DNA of 64,000 nucleotides from Longimicrobiales bacterium (GTDB lineage: Bacteria > Gemmatimonadota > Gemmatimonadetes > Longimicrobiales > Gaopeijiaceae), in NCBI GenBank assembly GCA_965248195.1, contig CBDFIQ010000002.1, forward strand, positions 2,240,001 to 2,304,000. Direction: 5' to 3'. Below the pieces are notes generated by a model. It saw nothing but the letters and a program-made list of their open reading frames with translations. It was not told the origin of the DNA and made no database searches. This document shows, one piece after another, positions 41,685 to 50,901 of the stretch (position 1 is its first letter; every line of letters starts with the position of its first letter). A program made the translations under genes and the position numbers.

Positions 41685-41758
41685 TCCTTAGGCATCCCGG
41701 GGACCCGTGCGTTAGCAACGGCTGGCGACCCACGATACTTCTTAAACAGCCTTCTACC
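41685..41758 (+). repeat. Degenerate right end of the MITE-like element
   Basis: TACTTCTTAAACAGCCTTCTACC (41736-41758) matches the copy 2 end plus flank TACTCCTTCAACAGCCTTCTACC at 21/23; weaker similarity further upstream. Confidence 0.55.
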
Positions 41759-42580
41759 ATGACCTTTCTACCGAATCGAGTCGTTGGGATCTCAGAGGGT
41801 GGCGAGCAACTATATGGTCGCTGGCTCGGGTCCATCGATGAGCACCTCGATGCTCCGGATTGTGACCGTTATGAGCTCTGCCGGACAGTCCTGACCGAGA
41901 TTCACTTCCCCCACCTCATCGGGGTAGATCCGGCCACGCTTCCGGTCGCGACGCAGGTCGCGCTCGCCCAGATGGACGCCAGAAACGTGACGTTGGAGCC
42001 CGAGTATTACGCTGAGATCGACCTTCGCCGTTACGAACCCATCAAGCCGCTCATCTGGCTCTGGGAGATGTTCGACCGGAGTGCCTTGGCCGAAAATGTG
42101 CATCTGGGAGTGAAGTTCCGCAGGATCCTGGCGAAGCGGATTTTCCGGAAATGTGGCCAGAACTTCAAGGCGTTTCACCACGTCAAACTCTCGTTCGGCT
42201 ACAATCTGGAGGTCGGAGACAACGTGGTCGTCCATCGACACGTGCTGCTGGATGACCGCGGAGGCATATCCCTCGGAGACGGCGCCTCGGTCTCCGACTT
42301 CGCCAACGTGTACAGCCATTCACACGATGTCGTAGAGGGGCGCGACATCACGACCCCCGTGACGGTCATCGAGGCCGGAGTCCGGGTTACCTACCATGCC
42401 ACGGTCATGTCTGGAGTACATCTCGCCGAGGGGAGCATGCTCGGGGCGTTCGCCGTCGCAACGAAGGACACCGAGCCTCACGGCATCTACGCCGGTATCC
42501 CGGCGAGAAAGATCAAGGACAAGCCGGGTACGTCCGAGCGGCCCCGTACAGCGGACCCGTTGGCGGACCCAGGGGCTTGA
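41759..42580 (+). CDS. Hexapeptide-repeat (left-handed beta-helix) acyltransferase
   Basis: GYNLEVGDNVVVH..GISLGDGASVS..YSHSH..YAGIPARKI. Confidence 0.85.
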   Translation: MTFLPNRVVGISEGGEQLYGRWLGSIDEHLDAPDCDRYELCRTVLTEIHFPHLIGVDPATLPVATQVALAQMDARNVTLEPEYYAEIDLRRYEPIKPLIWLWEMFDRSALAENVHLGVKFRRILAKRIFRKCGQNFKAFHHVKLSFGYNLEVGDNVVVHRHVLLDDRGGISLGDGASVSDFANVYSHSHDVVEGRDITTPVTVIEAGVRVTYHATVMSGVHLAEGSMLGAFAVATKDTEPHGIYAGIPARKIKDKPGTSERPRTADPLADPGA

Positions 42581-42584
42581 GCGT

Positions 42585-42905
42585 GAAGGCTGTTGAAGGA
42601 GTACAGCGGGTCGCGCACAGGGCGCTTGTGCGCGTTCAGACAAGGAACGACGACGAGGCGTAGCAACGCTACGGCGAGGAGGAGAGACGCAGGATCAACC
42701 GCACAACCGCCCTGTGCCCACGAACATGAGGGGCATAACCTTACACGTTGAAGGGTTGCGGTGGCACGGCCCCGACCACGCTGCGCGTGGTGCCCCCGTT
42801 GTTGGAGCTCCTAGCCGTAGCGAATGCTATGGCGTCGTCGCTCCGCCTAGGAGCTAGGACCGTGGCATCCGCAACGCGGCCCACTGTACTCCTTCAACAG
42901 CCTTC
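42585..42905 (+). mobile_element. MITE-like non-coding element, copy 2 (321 bp)
   Basis: Perfect 22-bp TIR GAAGGCTGTTGAAGGAGTACAG / CTGTACTCCTTCAACAGCCTTC; extra hairpin at 42774-42795 relative to copy 1. Confidence 0.85.
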
Positions 42906-44863
42906 TACCCCTCCTTGGCTTCGTACTGAGACTTCAGGCGCTCCACAACGTCCGGATCGGCCAGCGTCGTCGTATCGCCCAGGGCCTTCCCCTCTGCAAC
43001 GTCCTTCAAGAGCCGCCGCATGATTTTGCCGGAACGGGTCTTGGGTAGGTCCGCCGTGAAGATCACCGTCTCGGGACGTGCGATCGCTCCGATCTTCTCG
43101 ACGACATGCTGCTTCAATTCCACCACGAGGTCGTCGTCTCCCGCCTTTCCGCCCTTCAACGTCACGAACGCGGCGACGGCCTGACCCTTCACGTCGTGTG
43201 ACTTACCTACCACGGCCGCCTCGACGACTGCGGGGTGGTCCACCAGCGCGCTCTCGACCTCCATCGTTCCAATGCGGTGCCCCGCCACGCTGAGTACGTC
43301 GTCCACCCGGCCCAGAAGCCACAAATACCCGTCGTCGTCCCGCTTCGCGCCGTCTCCGGCGAAGTAGATTCCGTCCCACTTGGACCAATACGTCTCGCGG
43401 TACCGCTCGTCATCTCCGTAGATGGTGCGGAGCATCGCCGGCCACGGCTCGGTGATCGCCAAGAACCCGGCCTCAACGTCATTTCCATTTTCGTCGAGCA
43501 GGGTGACCGAGATCCCTGGAAAAGGATGCGTGGCACTTCCCGGACGCGTCTCGGTGACCGCCGGAAGCGGCGTGATCATGATGGCACCGGTCTCGGTCTG
43601 CCACCACGTGTCCACGATCGGGCAGCGCTCCTTTCCGAGGATGCGATGGTACCACATCCACGCCTCCGGGTTGATCGGCTCCCCGACACTCCCGAGGAGA
43701 CGGAGCTTCGACAGATCATGCTTGTCAGGCCATTCGTCGCCCCACTTCATGAACGCCCGGATCGCGGTGGGCGCTGTGTAAAAAACCGTCACGCCATACT
43801 TCTCGCAGAGGCCCCAGAATCGGTCCTTTTCGGGCCAGTCGGGCGCCCCCTCGTACATGAGGGTGGTCGCGCCGTTGGCCAAGGGACCATAGACGATGTA
43901 GCTGTGTCCCGTGACCCATCCTACGTCCGCGGTGCACCAATAGACGTCGTCCTCCTGCAGATCGAAAACGCACTGCGTCGTCGCGGCAACCTGGGTCAGA
44001 TACCCGCCGGTCGTGTGCACCACCCCCTTGGGTTTTCCCGTCGTTCCGGACGTGTAAAGGATGTACAGTAGATCTTCGGCATCCATCACCTCAGGGGGGC
44101 AATCCGCACTCGCGCCTGCAATTAGATCGTGATACCAGTGATCGCGGTCCTCCACCATGTCGGCGTCGAGCTCGGGGGTGAGGCTCCCCCCTCTCGCCAC
44201 GACCACCACGTTTTCGATCGTCGAACAGGACTCCAAGGCCTTATCGGCGTTCACCTTGAGGGGAACGACTCCACCTCGCCTGTGTCCGCCGTCCGCGGTG
44301 ATCAGCACCTTCGCAGCGGCATCATTGATGCGATCGGCGAGCGATTCCGGACTGAATCCACCGAAAACCACCGAGTGCGGAGCCCCGATGCGTGTGCAAG
44401 CGAGCATGGCGATCGCGGCTTCGGGAATCATGGGCAGGTAAATAGCCACTCGATCACCCTTCCCCACTCCCAGCCCCCTAAGCCCGTTCGCGAACTGACA
44501 CACCTCCCGATGAAGGCTCCAGTACGTATACACGCGGACATCACCCGGCTCTCCCTCCCAAATCAACGCCGCCTTGTTCCGGCGCGGCCCATCGAGGTGC
44601 CTATCCAGACAATTATACGAGACGTTGAGCTTTCCACCGACGAACCATTTGGCGTGAGGGGGTTCCCATTCGAGTACCGTGTGCCAACGCTCGAACCAGT
44701 CCAGTTTTTCCGCCCACGATTCCCAAAAGGCGAGGCGGTCGGCAGACGCACTTTCGTAAAGGCGGCGATCCGGTACGACGGCCCGCTCCCCGAAATGTTC
44801 GGGTGGTGGAAATCGGCGAGTCTCGGTGAGGAGAACGTCCAGGCCCTGACCCTCAGCGCTCAT
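42905..44863 (-). CDS. acs: Acetyl-CoA synthetase
   Basis: [50 protein letters not shown]. Confidence 0.97.
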   Translation of the reverse strand: MSAEGQGLDVLLTETRRFPPPEHFGERAVVPDRRLYESASADRLAFWESWAEKLDWFERWHTVLEWEPPHAKWFVGGKLNVSYNCLDRHLDGPRRNKAALIWEGEPGDVRVYTYWSLHREVCQFANGLRGLGVGKGDRVAIYLPMIPEAAIAMLACTRIGAPHSVVFGGFSPESLADRINDAAAKVLITADGGHRRGGVVPLKVNADKALESCSTIENVVVVARGGSLTPELDADMVEDRDHWYHDLIAGASADCPPEVMDAEDLLYILYTSGTTGKPKGVVHTTGGYLTQVAATTQCVFDLQEDDVYWCTADVGWVTGHSYIVYGPLANGATTLMYEGAPDWPEKDRFWGLCEKYGVTVFYTAPTAIRAFMKWGDEWPDKHDLSKLRLLGSVGEPINPEAWMWYHRILGKERCPIVDTWWQTETGAIMITPLPAVTETRPGSATHPFPGISVTLLDENGNDVEAGFLAITEPWPAMLRTIYGDDERYRETYWSKWDGIYFAGDGAKRDDDGYLWLLGRVDDVLSVAGHRIGTMEVESALVDHPAVVEAAVVGKSHDVKGQAVAAFVTLKGGKAGDDDLVVELKQHVVEKIGAIARPETVIFTADLPKTRSGKIMRRLLKDVAEGKALGDTTTLADPDVVERLKSQYEAKEG

Positions 44864-45005
44864 TCGAGTCCCCCGTTTCGTAGGTCCTCACCCATGCGAT
44901 CCCCTCCGTACTTCATGTGGACGATCCGTGTGCCGAACCCACCCGGAAGACCGAGGTAGTCGCGTTCGGCGTGCGCCCGCCAGAGTATGGCGGTCGAGCA
45001 GCGGA

Positions 45006-45095
45006 CGGCAAGCCGGGGACGGATACGACACCGGCAAGCGGCGACGGATACGACAGCCCGGCAAGCGACGCCGCCAAGCCGACGCCAAGCCGACG
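45006..45095. repeat. Degenerate tandem repeat upstream of acs
   Basis: CGGCAAGC..GACGGATACGACA twice (26-27 bp period), then CGGCAAGC and CCAAGCCGACG twice. Confidence 0.7.
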
Positions 45096-45106
45096 GAGTG
45101 GAATCC

Positions 45107-45667
45107 TTATCCCGCCTCTGTCAGCGAAGACCTGAGCCCCTCATGCTCCAGGGCACGCTCGAAGGCCGTGGTCGTGGTTGACGCCAACGCGGATACCGCA
45201 CTCGCTCCCGCCCTCAAGGCTTCCCGCGGGATGGTGAGCTTTATGCGCACCTCCGTGTCAGCGGTTCGCGGATCGTCCTCCGGACCGTCCATTCTCAACC
45301 GCACTACAAACGGGGTATCGGAGTGCTCAGGGAGACAGTCGGCGGTGACCTTTGCGAGGGCTGCGAGAAGATCGGGCATCGGCCCCAGTAGCCCCAACTC
45401 CGGGCCGGCAACGACCAGGGCGAGATTCCCCTTGAGACCCTTCGTCGTTTCGTCCAGGAAAACGTCGATGCTCACGAAATCCGGACGTGCATCGTCGTGA
45501 AAAAAAAGGTAGGCGCTACGTGAACTCTCCCCCTGCCACCGGCCCTCGAACTGGTGGCTGGTCGCCTTCTGGAGACCGGAGAGCACCCAGCCGGAACGTG
45601 TAATACCGTCCTGGACCGCCTCGATCAACGGCTCCAAGGTCAACAGAGGCCGGGTGTCGTCGGTCAT
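45107..45667 (-). CDS. Hypothetical protein
   Basis: 186 aa ORF with globular composition (GWVLSGLQKATSHQFEGRW); divergent from the Fur-family gene. Confidence 0.65.
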   Translation of the reverse strand: MTDDTRPLLTLEPLIEAVQDGITRSGWVLSGLQKATSHQFEGRWQGESSRSAYLFFHDDARPDFVSIDVFLDETTKGLKGNLALVVAGPELGLLGPMPDLLAALAKVTADCLPEHSDTPFVVRLRMDGPEDDPRTADTEVRIKLTIPREALRAGASAVSALASTTTTAFERALEHEGLRSSLTEAG

Positions 45668-45703
45668 GGCAAAGGCCGGATTGGGGGAGTATATTGCAGA
45701 ATC

Positions 45704-46177
45704 ATGCAAACATCGGATACGAAATCTCAGGACATGGTGTTACGCCGGACTCTTCAGGAGAACGGGCACCGCTTTACCGATCAACGCGCCGCCGTGTTCA
45801 GGCTCGTTGCCCGCAGCAGAGTCCACCCCACCGCGGAGGACGTGTTCCTGGGCGTGCGTACAGAAGTTCCCGGAATCTCCCTCGCGACGGTCTACAAGAG
45901 CCTCGAAATGTTGGTCAGCTGTGGCCTGGCCAAGAAGCTCAACCCCACCGACGGCTCCGCCAGGTTTTGTGGCCGGACGGAGCCCCACCATCACGCACGG
46001 TGCCTGGCCTGTGGGGGCGTGTCGGACGTCGCCGGTGAGCTCGGCGACTCGGAGATTGCCGCGCTCAGGTCGCAGGCCAATGGATTTCACTTGGTTGGGT
46101 ACGACCTCGAGTTGACGGGGTATTGCTCGGACTGCGCGCCGCCGACAGGTAACGAGGCTGGCGCTTCCGCCAACTGA
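45704..46177 (+). CDS. Fur/PerR family transcriptional regulator
   Basis: RFTDQRAAV, HPTAEDV, SLATVYKSL, HHHARCLACG, GYCSDC; start 45704 or 45734. Confidence 0.92.
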   Translation: MQTSDTKSQDMVLRRTLQENGHRFTDQRAAVFRLVARSRVHPTAEDVFLGVRTEVPGISLATVYKSLEMLVSCGLAKKLNPTDGSARFCGRTEPHHHARCLACGGVSDVAGELGDSEIAALRSQANGFHLVGYDLELTGYCSDCAPPTGNEAGASAN

Positions 46178-46187
46178 CGTAATCACC

Positions 46188-47723
46188 CTGGTACCGCCGC
46201 TTCAACTCCCGCGTCTCAGGGGTGACACCACGTTCGATCCGTCCGAGGTTCTCCCGTACGCGAGCGCCGCCGGCCCACTGTCGATCCAGCCAACCGCCGT
46301 CGCCCGTCCCGTGGACGCCGACGATGTCTCCACGATGCTCTGTTGGGCCTCCCGGCATGGGGAGCCCGTGGTGCCCAGAGGCGCGGGCACGGGCATGCCG
46401 GGTGGCAACGTCGGCGCAGGCATCGCGCTTGACATGGGCTCCTACTTCAGGGCCCTAGGGCCCTTGGACGTATCCGCCCGGACGGTGCGGGTAGAGCCCG
46501 GTGTCTTGGCCGGGGATGTAGACCGGGTAGCCCGACAGGCCGGGCTCTTCCTTCCTCCATTGCCATCTAGCGCCGACCGATGCACGGTCGGAGGAATGGT
46601 TGCGAACAACGCCGCCGGAGCGAGGACCTTCAAGTACGGAGCCACACGTGACTGGGTCCAGGCGCTCGATGTGGTCACTGCGGACGGGAGCCAGTATCGG
46701 CTCGAGCGGGCTGAGACCGTCCCTCCCGAGTTCAGCAAACTCCACGCCGAGCTTCGGGCGGAATTGGGGAACGGAACCGCGGGGTGGCCCAAGGTCCGAA
46801 AGAACTCCAGCGGCTACGCGCTCGACCGGTTTCTACCAGAGGCGGACGCCGTTCAACTCGTCATCGGGAGTGAGGGCACGATCGCAGTTGTGACATCGGT
46901 CACGTTGACGCTCGCGCCGGTGCCCGAGGCGCAGGCCGTGGCCCTCATTCCGGTCCGGAACCTTCTCGACCTACCGATTCTGCTTGAGTGGGCTCGTGAC
47001 AATGAAGCGTCCGCCTGTGAATTCTTCGGCCGTCGCTTTCTGGAGGTCGCGTCGCTCACTGACCGCACGTTCACGGCAGCGGCCGGAGACGGGGCCGAGG
47101 CCGCTCTGCTCCTGGAGTTGGACGGCGACCCGGACTCCGTTTTCGAGGGGGCGGAGTCGCTGCGCCACCTAGCACGCGAACTAGGGCTGAAGGCCACCTT
47201 GGGCACGGACGAAGACGATCGGGAGAAGTTGTGGAGCGTGCGCCATTCCGCCAGCCCTTCGATCGCCGAGTCTGCCCGGACCGGATTCGTTTCCACTCAA
47301 ATCATCGAGGACTCGGTGGTGCCACCCGAGGCCCTCGGCACCTACCTCTCAGGACTGGATGAGATTCTGCACAAGGCCGATACGGACGCTGTGATTTTCG
47401 GCCACGCAGGCGACGCCAATGTCCACGTAAACCCTCTGCTCGATATTCGACGATCGGCTTGGCGAGACCATGCCCGCACTATCTTGATGGAAACCGTGGA
47501 TCTCGTGGCCGAGCTCGGAGGGACCCTTTCCGGAGAGCACGGAGATGGGCGGCTTAGGGCACCCTTCGTCGAGCGGATCTGGGGACCGAAGCTGACCGCG
47601 TGCTTCGAGAGAACCAAGGACACTCTCGATCCGGCCGGAATCCTCAATCCAGGCGTAATCATCCCGCTTCGGAACCAGGACCCGCTGGAAGGCCTTTGGC
47701 CCCAGTATGGCGGTTTGGCGTGA
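46188..47723 (+). CDS. FAD-linked oxidase (GlcD/D-lactate dehydrogenase-like)
   Basis: PRGAGTG, TVGGMVANNAAG, GSEGT, FGHAGDANVH, SGEHGDG, DPAGILNPG; first canonical start is 46311, but the domain appears to begin upstream. Confidence 0.88.
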   Translation: MVPPLQLPRLRGDTTFDPSEVLPYASAAGPLSIQPTAVARPVDADDVSTMLCWASRHGEPVVPRGAGTGMPGGNVGAGIALDMGSYFRALGPLDVSARTVRVEPGVLAGDVDRVARQAGLFLPPLPSSADRCTVGGMVANNAAGARTFKYGATRDWVQALDVVTADGSQYRLERAETVPPEFSKLHAELRAELGNGTAGWPKVRKNSSGYALDRFLPEADAVQLVIGSEGTIAVVTSVTLTLAPVPEAQAVALIPVRNLLDLPILLEWARDNEASACEFFGRRFLEVASLTDRTFTAAAGDGAEAALLLELDGDPDSVFEGAESLRHLARELGLKATLGTDEDDREKLWSVRHSASPSIAESARTGFVSTQIIEDSVVPPEALGTYLSGLDEILHKADTDAVIFGHAGDANVHVNPLLDIRRSAWRDHARTILMETVDLVAELGGTLSGEHGDGRLRAPFVERIWGPKLTACFERTKDTLDPAGILNPGVIIPLRNQDPLEGLWPQYGGLA

Positions 47724-49369
47724 TCCGCTTCCCCGTGATCCCGAATCCCGTGGCCCTCCTCCGGATGGCCCGCGCCAAGGCGATTTTCCTGGGGCTCGTG
47801 GCTCTGCTGGTTCTGTCGGTCGGGACCGTGGTGGTCTGGAACGACGAGCCCATGACTCCGCAGCCCATCGAAGTTCCAGAAGCCGTTCGGCCCCCGGTCC
47901 GGCCACCCCCAGGTCAAGACGTCCTCACCTTGCGGAAGGACCTTTCAGCCCTCTTGAACACCCCGGCACTGCGGAGGGCCGAGTGGAGCGTCCTCGTCGT
48001 CTCCCTCGAGGAGGGAGACACGTTGTTCGCACGGGACGAGAACCGCTTCTTGGCACCAGCGTCGAACATGAAAATCGCCACGACCGCTGCGGCCCTCCAC
48101 TTTCTTGGACCCTCGTTTAGGTACCAGACGTTCGTCTTTGCGGACGGGCCCATCGAAAGCGGAATCCTTCGAGGGGATTTGATCCTGTACGGAACTGGAG
48201 ATCCTGGGATCTCCGATCGCTTTTATCGAAATCGCACCGACGTGTTCGAAGCGTTCGCAGATCAGATCGCGGAAGCCGGCATCACCCGCATCGAGGGCGC
48301 AGTGGTCGGCGATGCGACCTATTTTTCCGGGCCCGAGCTAGCGCCGGAATGGGATCCGAGGGACCTGAACGAGTGGTTCGCCGCGTCCGCCTCGGCGCTC
48401 TCATTCAACGAAAACATCGTCACCCTCCTTATCCTTCCGTCGGCTCGCCTGGGCTTCCCGCCCCGGATTGAGACGATCCCTTTCGGATTTCCGCTGGACG
48501 TGAGCAACCGGGCGGAGACGGTGGTGGGCCGTCCCCGTCCCAACCTCTGGTTAGATCGTGTAGAACCCACGGCACGCATTCGCGTCGACGGAGAAATTCG
48601 TCAGGGCGGGCCGAATATTTGGCGCCGCCTGACGGTGCCGGATCCGGCGTTTTTCGCCGCCCGCACTCTAAGAGAGGTGCTGATCTCCAAAGGCATCGGC
48701 GTCAGGGCCCCCGAAAAAGCCGTCCATGACCACGCCGAATCCAGGATCACCGCACGGGAGTCGTGGGCCTCCGGGCTTCTCGACGATGATGAGCCGTGGC
48801 TCCTCGCCCAGCACACGTCCCCGGAGCTGCTCGAGTACCTGACGGTGGTCAACCATGAAAGCCACAATTTGTTCGCTGAGACGATCATCAAGACCATCGG
48901 TAAGGTGGCGACGGGAGAGGGATCCTTCGAAGGAGGCGCCCGTGCGGTTCAGTCGTTCGCCACGAAGGAAGCCGGTATCGAAGCGGCGCAGATCAGGGCT
49001 GTAGATGGTTCCGGATTGTCCAAGGGCAACCGGACGAGCGCGGGCGCTCTAGTCGGGCTCTTACGGCAGGTGGCCACATCCGAAAATTGGGACGCTTTCG
49101 TCTCGACTCTACCCGAGGCGGGCCGATCCCTCCGCAGGATGTACGGGACTCGTGCCGCCCGTAACCTCCGGGCCAAGACGGGGACCATCGATGGCGTCTC
49201 CGCCCTCACCGGAATCGTCACGACGCGGAATGGCGAGACGCTACTCTTCAGTATTCTCTCAAATGAACTCCGATCCACCGGGCCAGCCAAGCGCGTCGAG
49301 GACCGGATCGGCGCTCGTCTAGCTGAGTTCCGCCGCGACATGGCTCCCACGCCCGCTCCCACCTTCTAG
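47720..49369 (+). CDS. dacB: D-alanyl-D-alanine carboxypeptidase/endopeptidase PBP4 (S13)
   Basis: PASNMK (SxxK), SHN (SxN), DGSGLS, AKTGT. Confidence 0.93.
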   Translation: MIRFPVIPNPVALLRMARAKAIFLGLVALLVLSVGTVVVWNDEPMTPQPIEVPEAVRPPVRPPPGQDVLTLRKDLSALLNTPALRRAEWSVLVVSLEEGDTLFARDENRFLAPASNMKIATTAAALHFLGPSFRYQTFVFADGPIESGILRGDLILYGTGDPGISDRFYRNRTDVFEAFADQIAEAGITRIEGAVVGDATYFSGPELAPEWDPRDLNEWFAASASALSFNENIVTLLILPSARLGFPPRIETIPFGFPLDVSNRAETVVGRPRPNLWLDRVEPTARIRVDGEIRQGGPNIWRRLTVPDPAFFAARTLREVLISKGIGVRAPEKAVHDHAESRITARESWASGLLDDDEPWLLAQHTSPELLEYLTVVNHESHNLFAETIIKTIGKVATGEGSFEGGARAVQSFATKEAGIEAAQIRAVDGSGLSKGNRTSAGALVGLLRQVATSENWDAFVSTLPEAGRSLRRMYGTRAARNLRAKTGTIDGVSALTGIVTTRNGETLLFSILSNELRSTGPAKRVEDRIGARLAEFRRDMAPTPAPTF

Positions 49370-49606
49370 GGCCCTCCTCCCCAGGGCGGACCGAAGTCTC
49401 TTCCGAAGCTCCACGCCGGACATCGTAGCCAACGTCCTCTCGGCGGTCTCCGGACTGTTCCACCTCACGTCGAGAAGCTCCAAGCCCTGGTCTTCCGCAC
49501 CTGCCGGGTGGAAGTAGAGGTGGTGACGCCCCTTAAAATCGAGGCCCGCCTCCGAGCGTACCGTGGCTACCCAGGCATCGCCATTCGAATCCAGGAATTC
49601 TCTCAT
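49319..49606 (-). CDS. Small hypothetical protein
   Basis: 95 aa (MREFLDSNGDAW...); 3' end overlaps dacB by about 50 bp. Confidence 0.55.
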   Translation of the reverse strand: MREFLDSNGDAWVATVRSEAGLDFKGRHHLYFHPAGAEDQGLELLDVRWNSPETAERTLATMSGVELRKRLRSALGRRALEGGSGRGSHVAAELS

Positions 49607-49916
49607 ATGCAGTTCAGGGGTGCGTTGGACATCCCGAATCGGCTGAGTCGTGTCTGACGGGGTTACCCAAAGTTAGTGTAGTGGCCCAGAAGTGTCTCGG
49701 CCATTGAGCTCGTTACGCTCGATCGTCTCGCGGTCAACTGGGAGCACGACGAGCATGAAATTCACTCGGTTCGAGCACCGATGCATCCAACCTCGCCGCG
49801 CCTCGGCACTCTCGGTGGCTCGCAAACTTCTGGGACATCACGCTAGGTTTGCCGAATCGGTAATCCAACAAAGTGGCGTTCAACCGCTTGGCAGTCCCGA
49901 GCGCAAGGAGCACTGG

Positions 49917-50888
49917 GTGGCCCAGCCCCCCGACAAGGGCCCTGTTCGCACGCGGGAGTTCGAGGATCGAGCCGCCGCCGCTAGGCCCACACACCTACGG
50001 ACCGACCTGGCGCTCATCGTGCTGAGCGTGATCTGGGGCGTCAACTTCTCCGTGATCAAGATCGCTCTGAGAGAGTTTGATCCACTGGCATTCAACGCCA
50101 TACGATTCGTGCTGGCGTCGCTGACGCTCTTCGTCTTCCTGCGTCTCAGCGGCGGGGTCCCGTTCCCCGCGCGACGACATTGGGGCCGCGTCGTTTTCTT
50201 GGGTTTGCTCGCGAACATCGTCTACCAACTCCTATTCATTTACGGCGTCGACCGGACTCTCGCCGGCAACGCCGGGTTGGTCCTCGCGACGACGCCGGTG
50301 TGGACCTTGATTCTCGCATCCGTCTCGGGGCAAGAACACCACGGGTTTCCCGTCTGGGGCGGCGTATTGGCCACGCTGGGGGGGATGGTACTCGTCGTTC
50401 TCGGTGGGGACGACGGCGTGGGATCGGGTGGGGGCCTGTTGACGGGTGATCTAATGCTCGTGCTGGCCGCCATCACATGGGCCGCCTACACCGTTGGCAC
50501 GCAGGGGCTCACTCGTGAGTACGGAGCGCTGGCGGTAACCTCGTGGACGCTCTGGGTGGGCACCATCGGCCTGGTGGCACTTGGAGGCCCATCTCTCTGG
50601 TCTCTGGACTTGGATGCCATCTCGCGGATTGGTTGGATGGGTGTCGTATATTCGGGAGTTCTGGCGATCGCCGTCGCCTATCTAATCTGGAACCACGGCC
50701 TCGAGCACATCGGGGGACCGCGCACCGCAGCGTTCTCGAATCTGGTCCCGGTCGTGGCGCTGATTACCGCCGCCCTCTGGCTCGGTGAGGATCCCAGTCC
50801 CACACAGGTTGTGGGCGCGATCATCATCATCGGGGGCGTGTGGGTCGCACGCGTGGCCGGTGGAACGCATGTGGAGGCGAGCTACTGA
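49917..50888 (+). CDS. DMT/EamA family transporter
   Basis: IWGVNFSVIK, two EamA repeats, about 10 TM segments; GTG 49917 with AAGGAG RBS. Confidence 0.9.
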   Translation: MAQPPDKGPVRTREFEDRAAAARPTHLRTDLALIVLSVIWGVNFSVIKIALREFDPLAFNAIRFVLASLTLFVFLRLSGGVPFPARRHWGRVVFLGLLANIVYQLLFIYGVDRTLAGNAGLVLATTPVWTLILASVSGQEHHGFPVWGGVLATLGGMVLVVLGGDDGVGSGGGLLTGDLMLVLAAITWAAYTVGTQGLTREYGALAVTSWTLWVGTIGLVALGGPSLWSLDLDAISRIGWMGVVYSGVLAIAVAYLIWNHGLEHIGGPRTAAFSNLVPVVALITAALWLGEDPSPTQVVGAIIIIGGVWVARVAGGTHVEASY

Positions 50889-50901
50889 AAATGCCGACGC
50901 C

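Noticed and set aside
45006..45095. Mini-CRISPR array
   Set aside because: Units are adjacent and degenerate, with no spacers
49607..49916. 310-bp intergenic region as a possible riboswitch or ncRNA
   Set aside because: No recognisable conserved motif or terminator; only a weak TGAAAT-N17-CGAT. An Rfam scan would be needed
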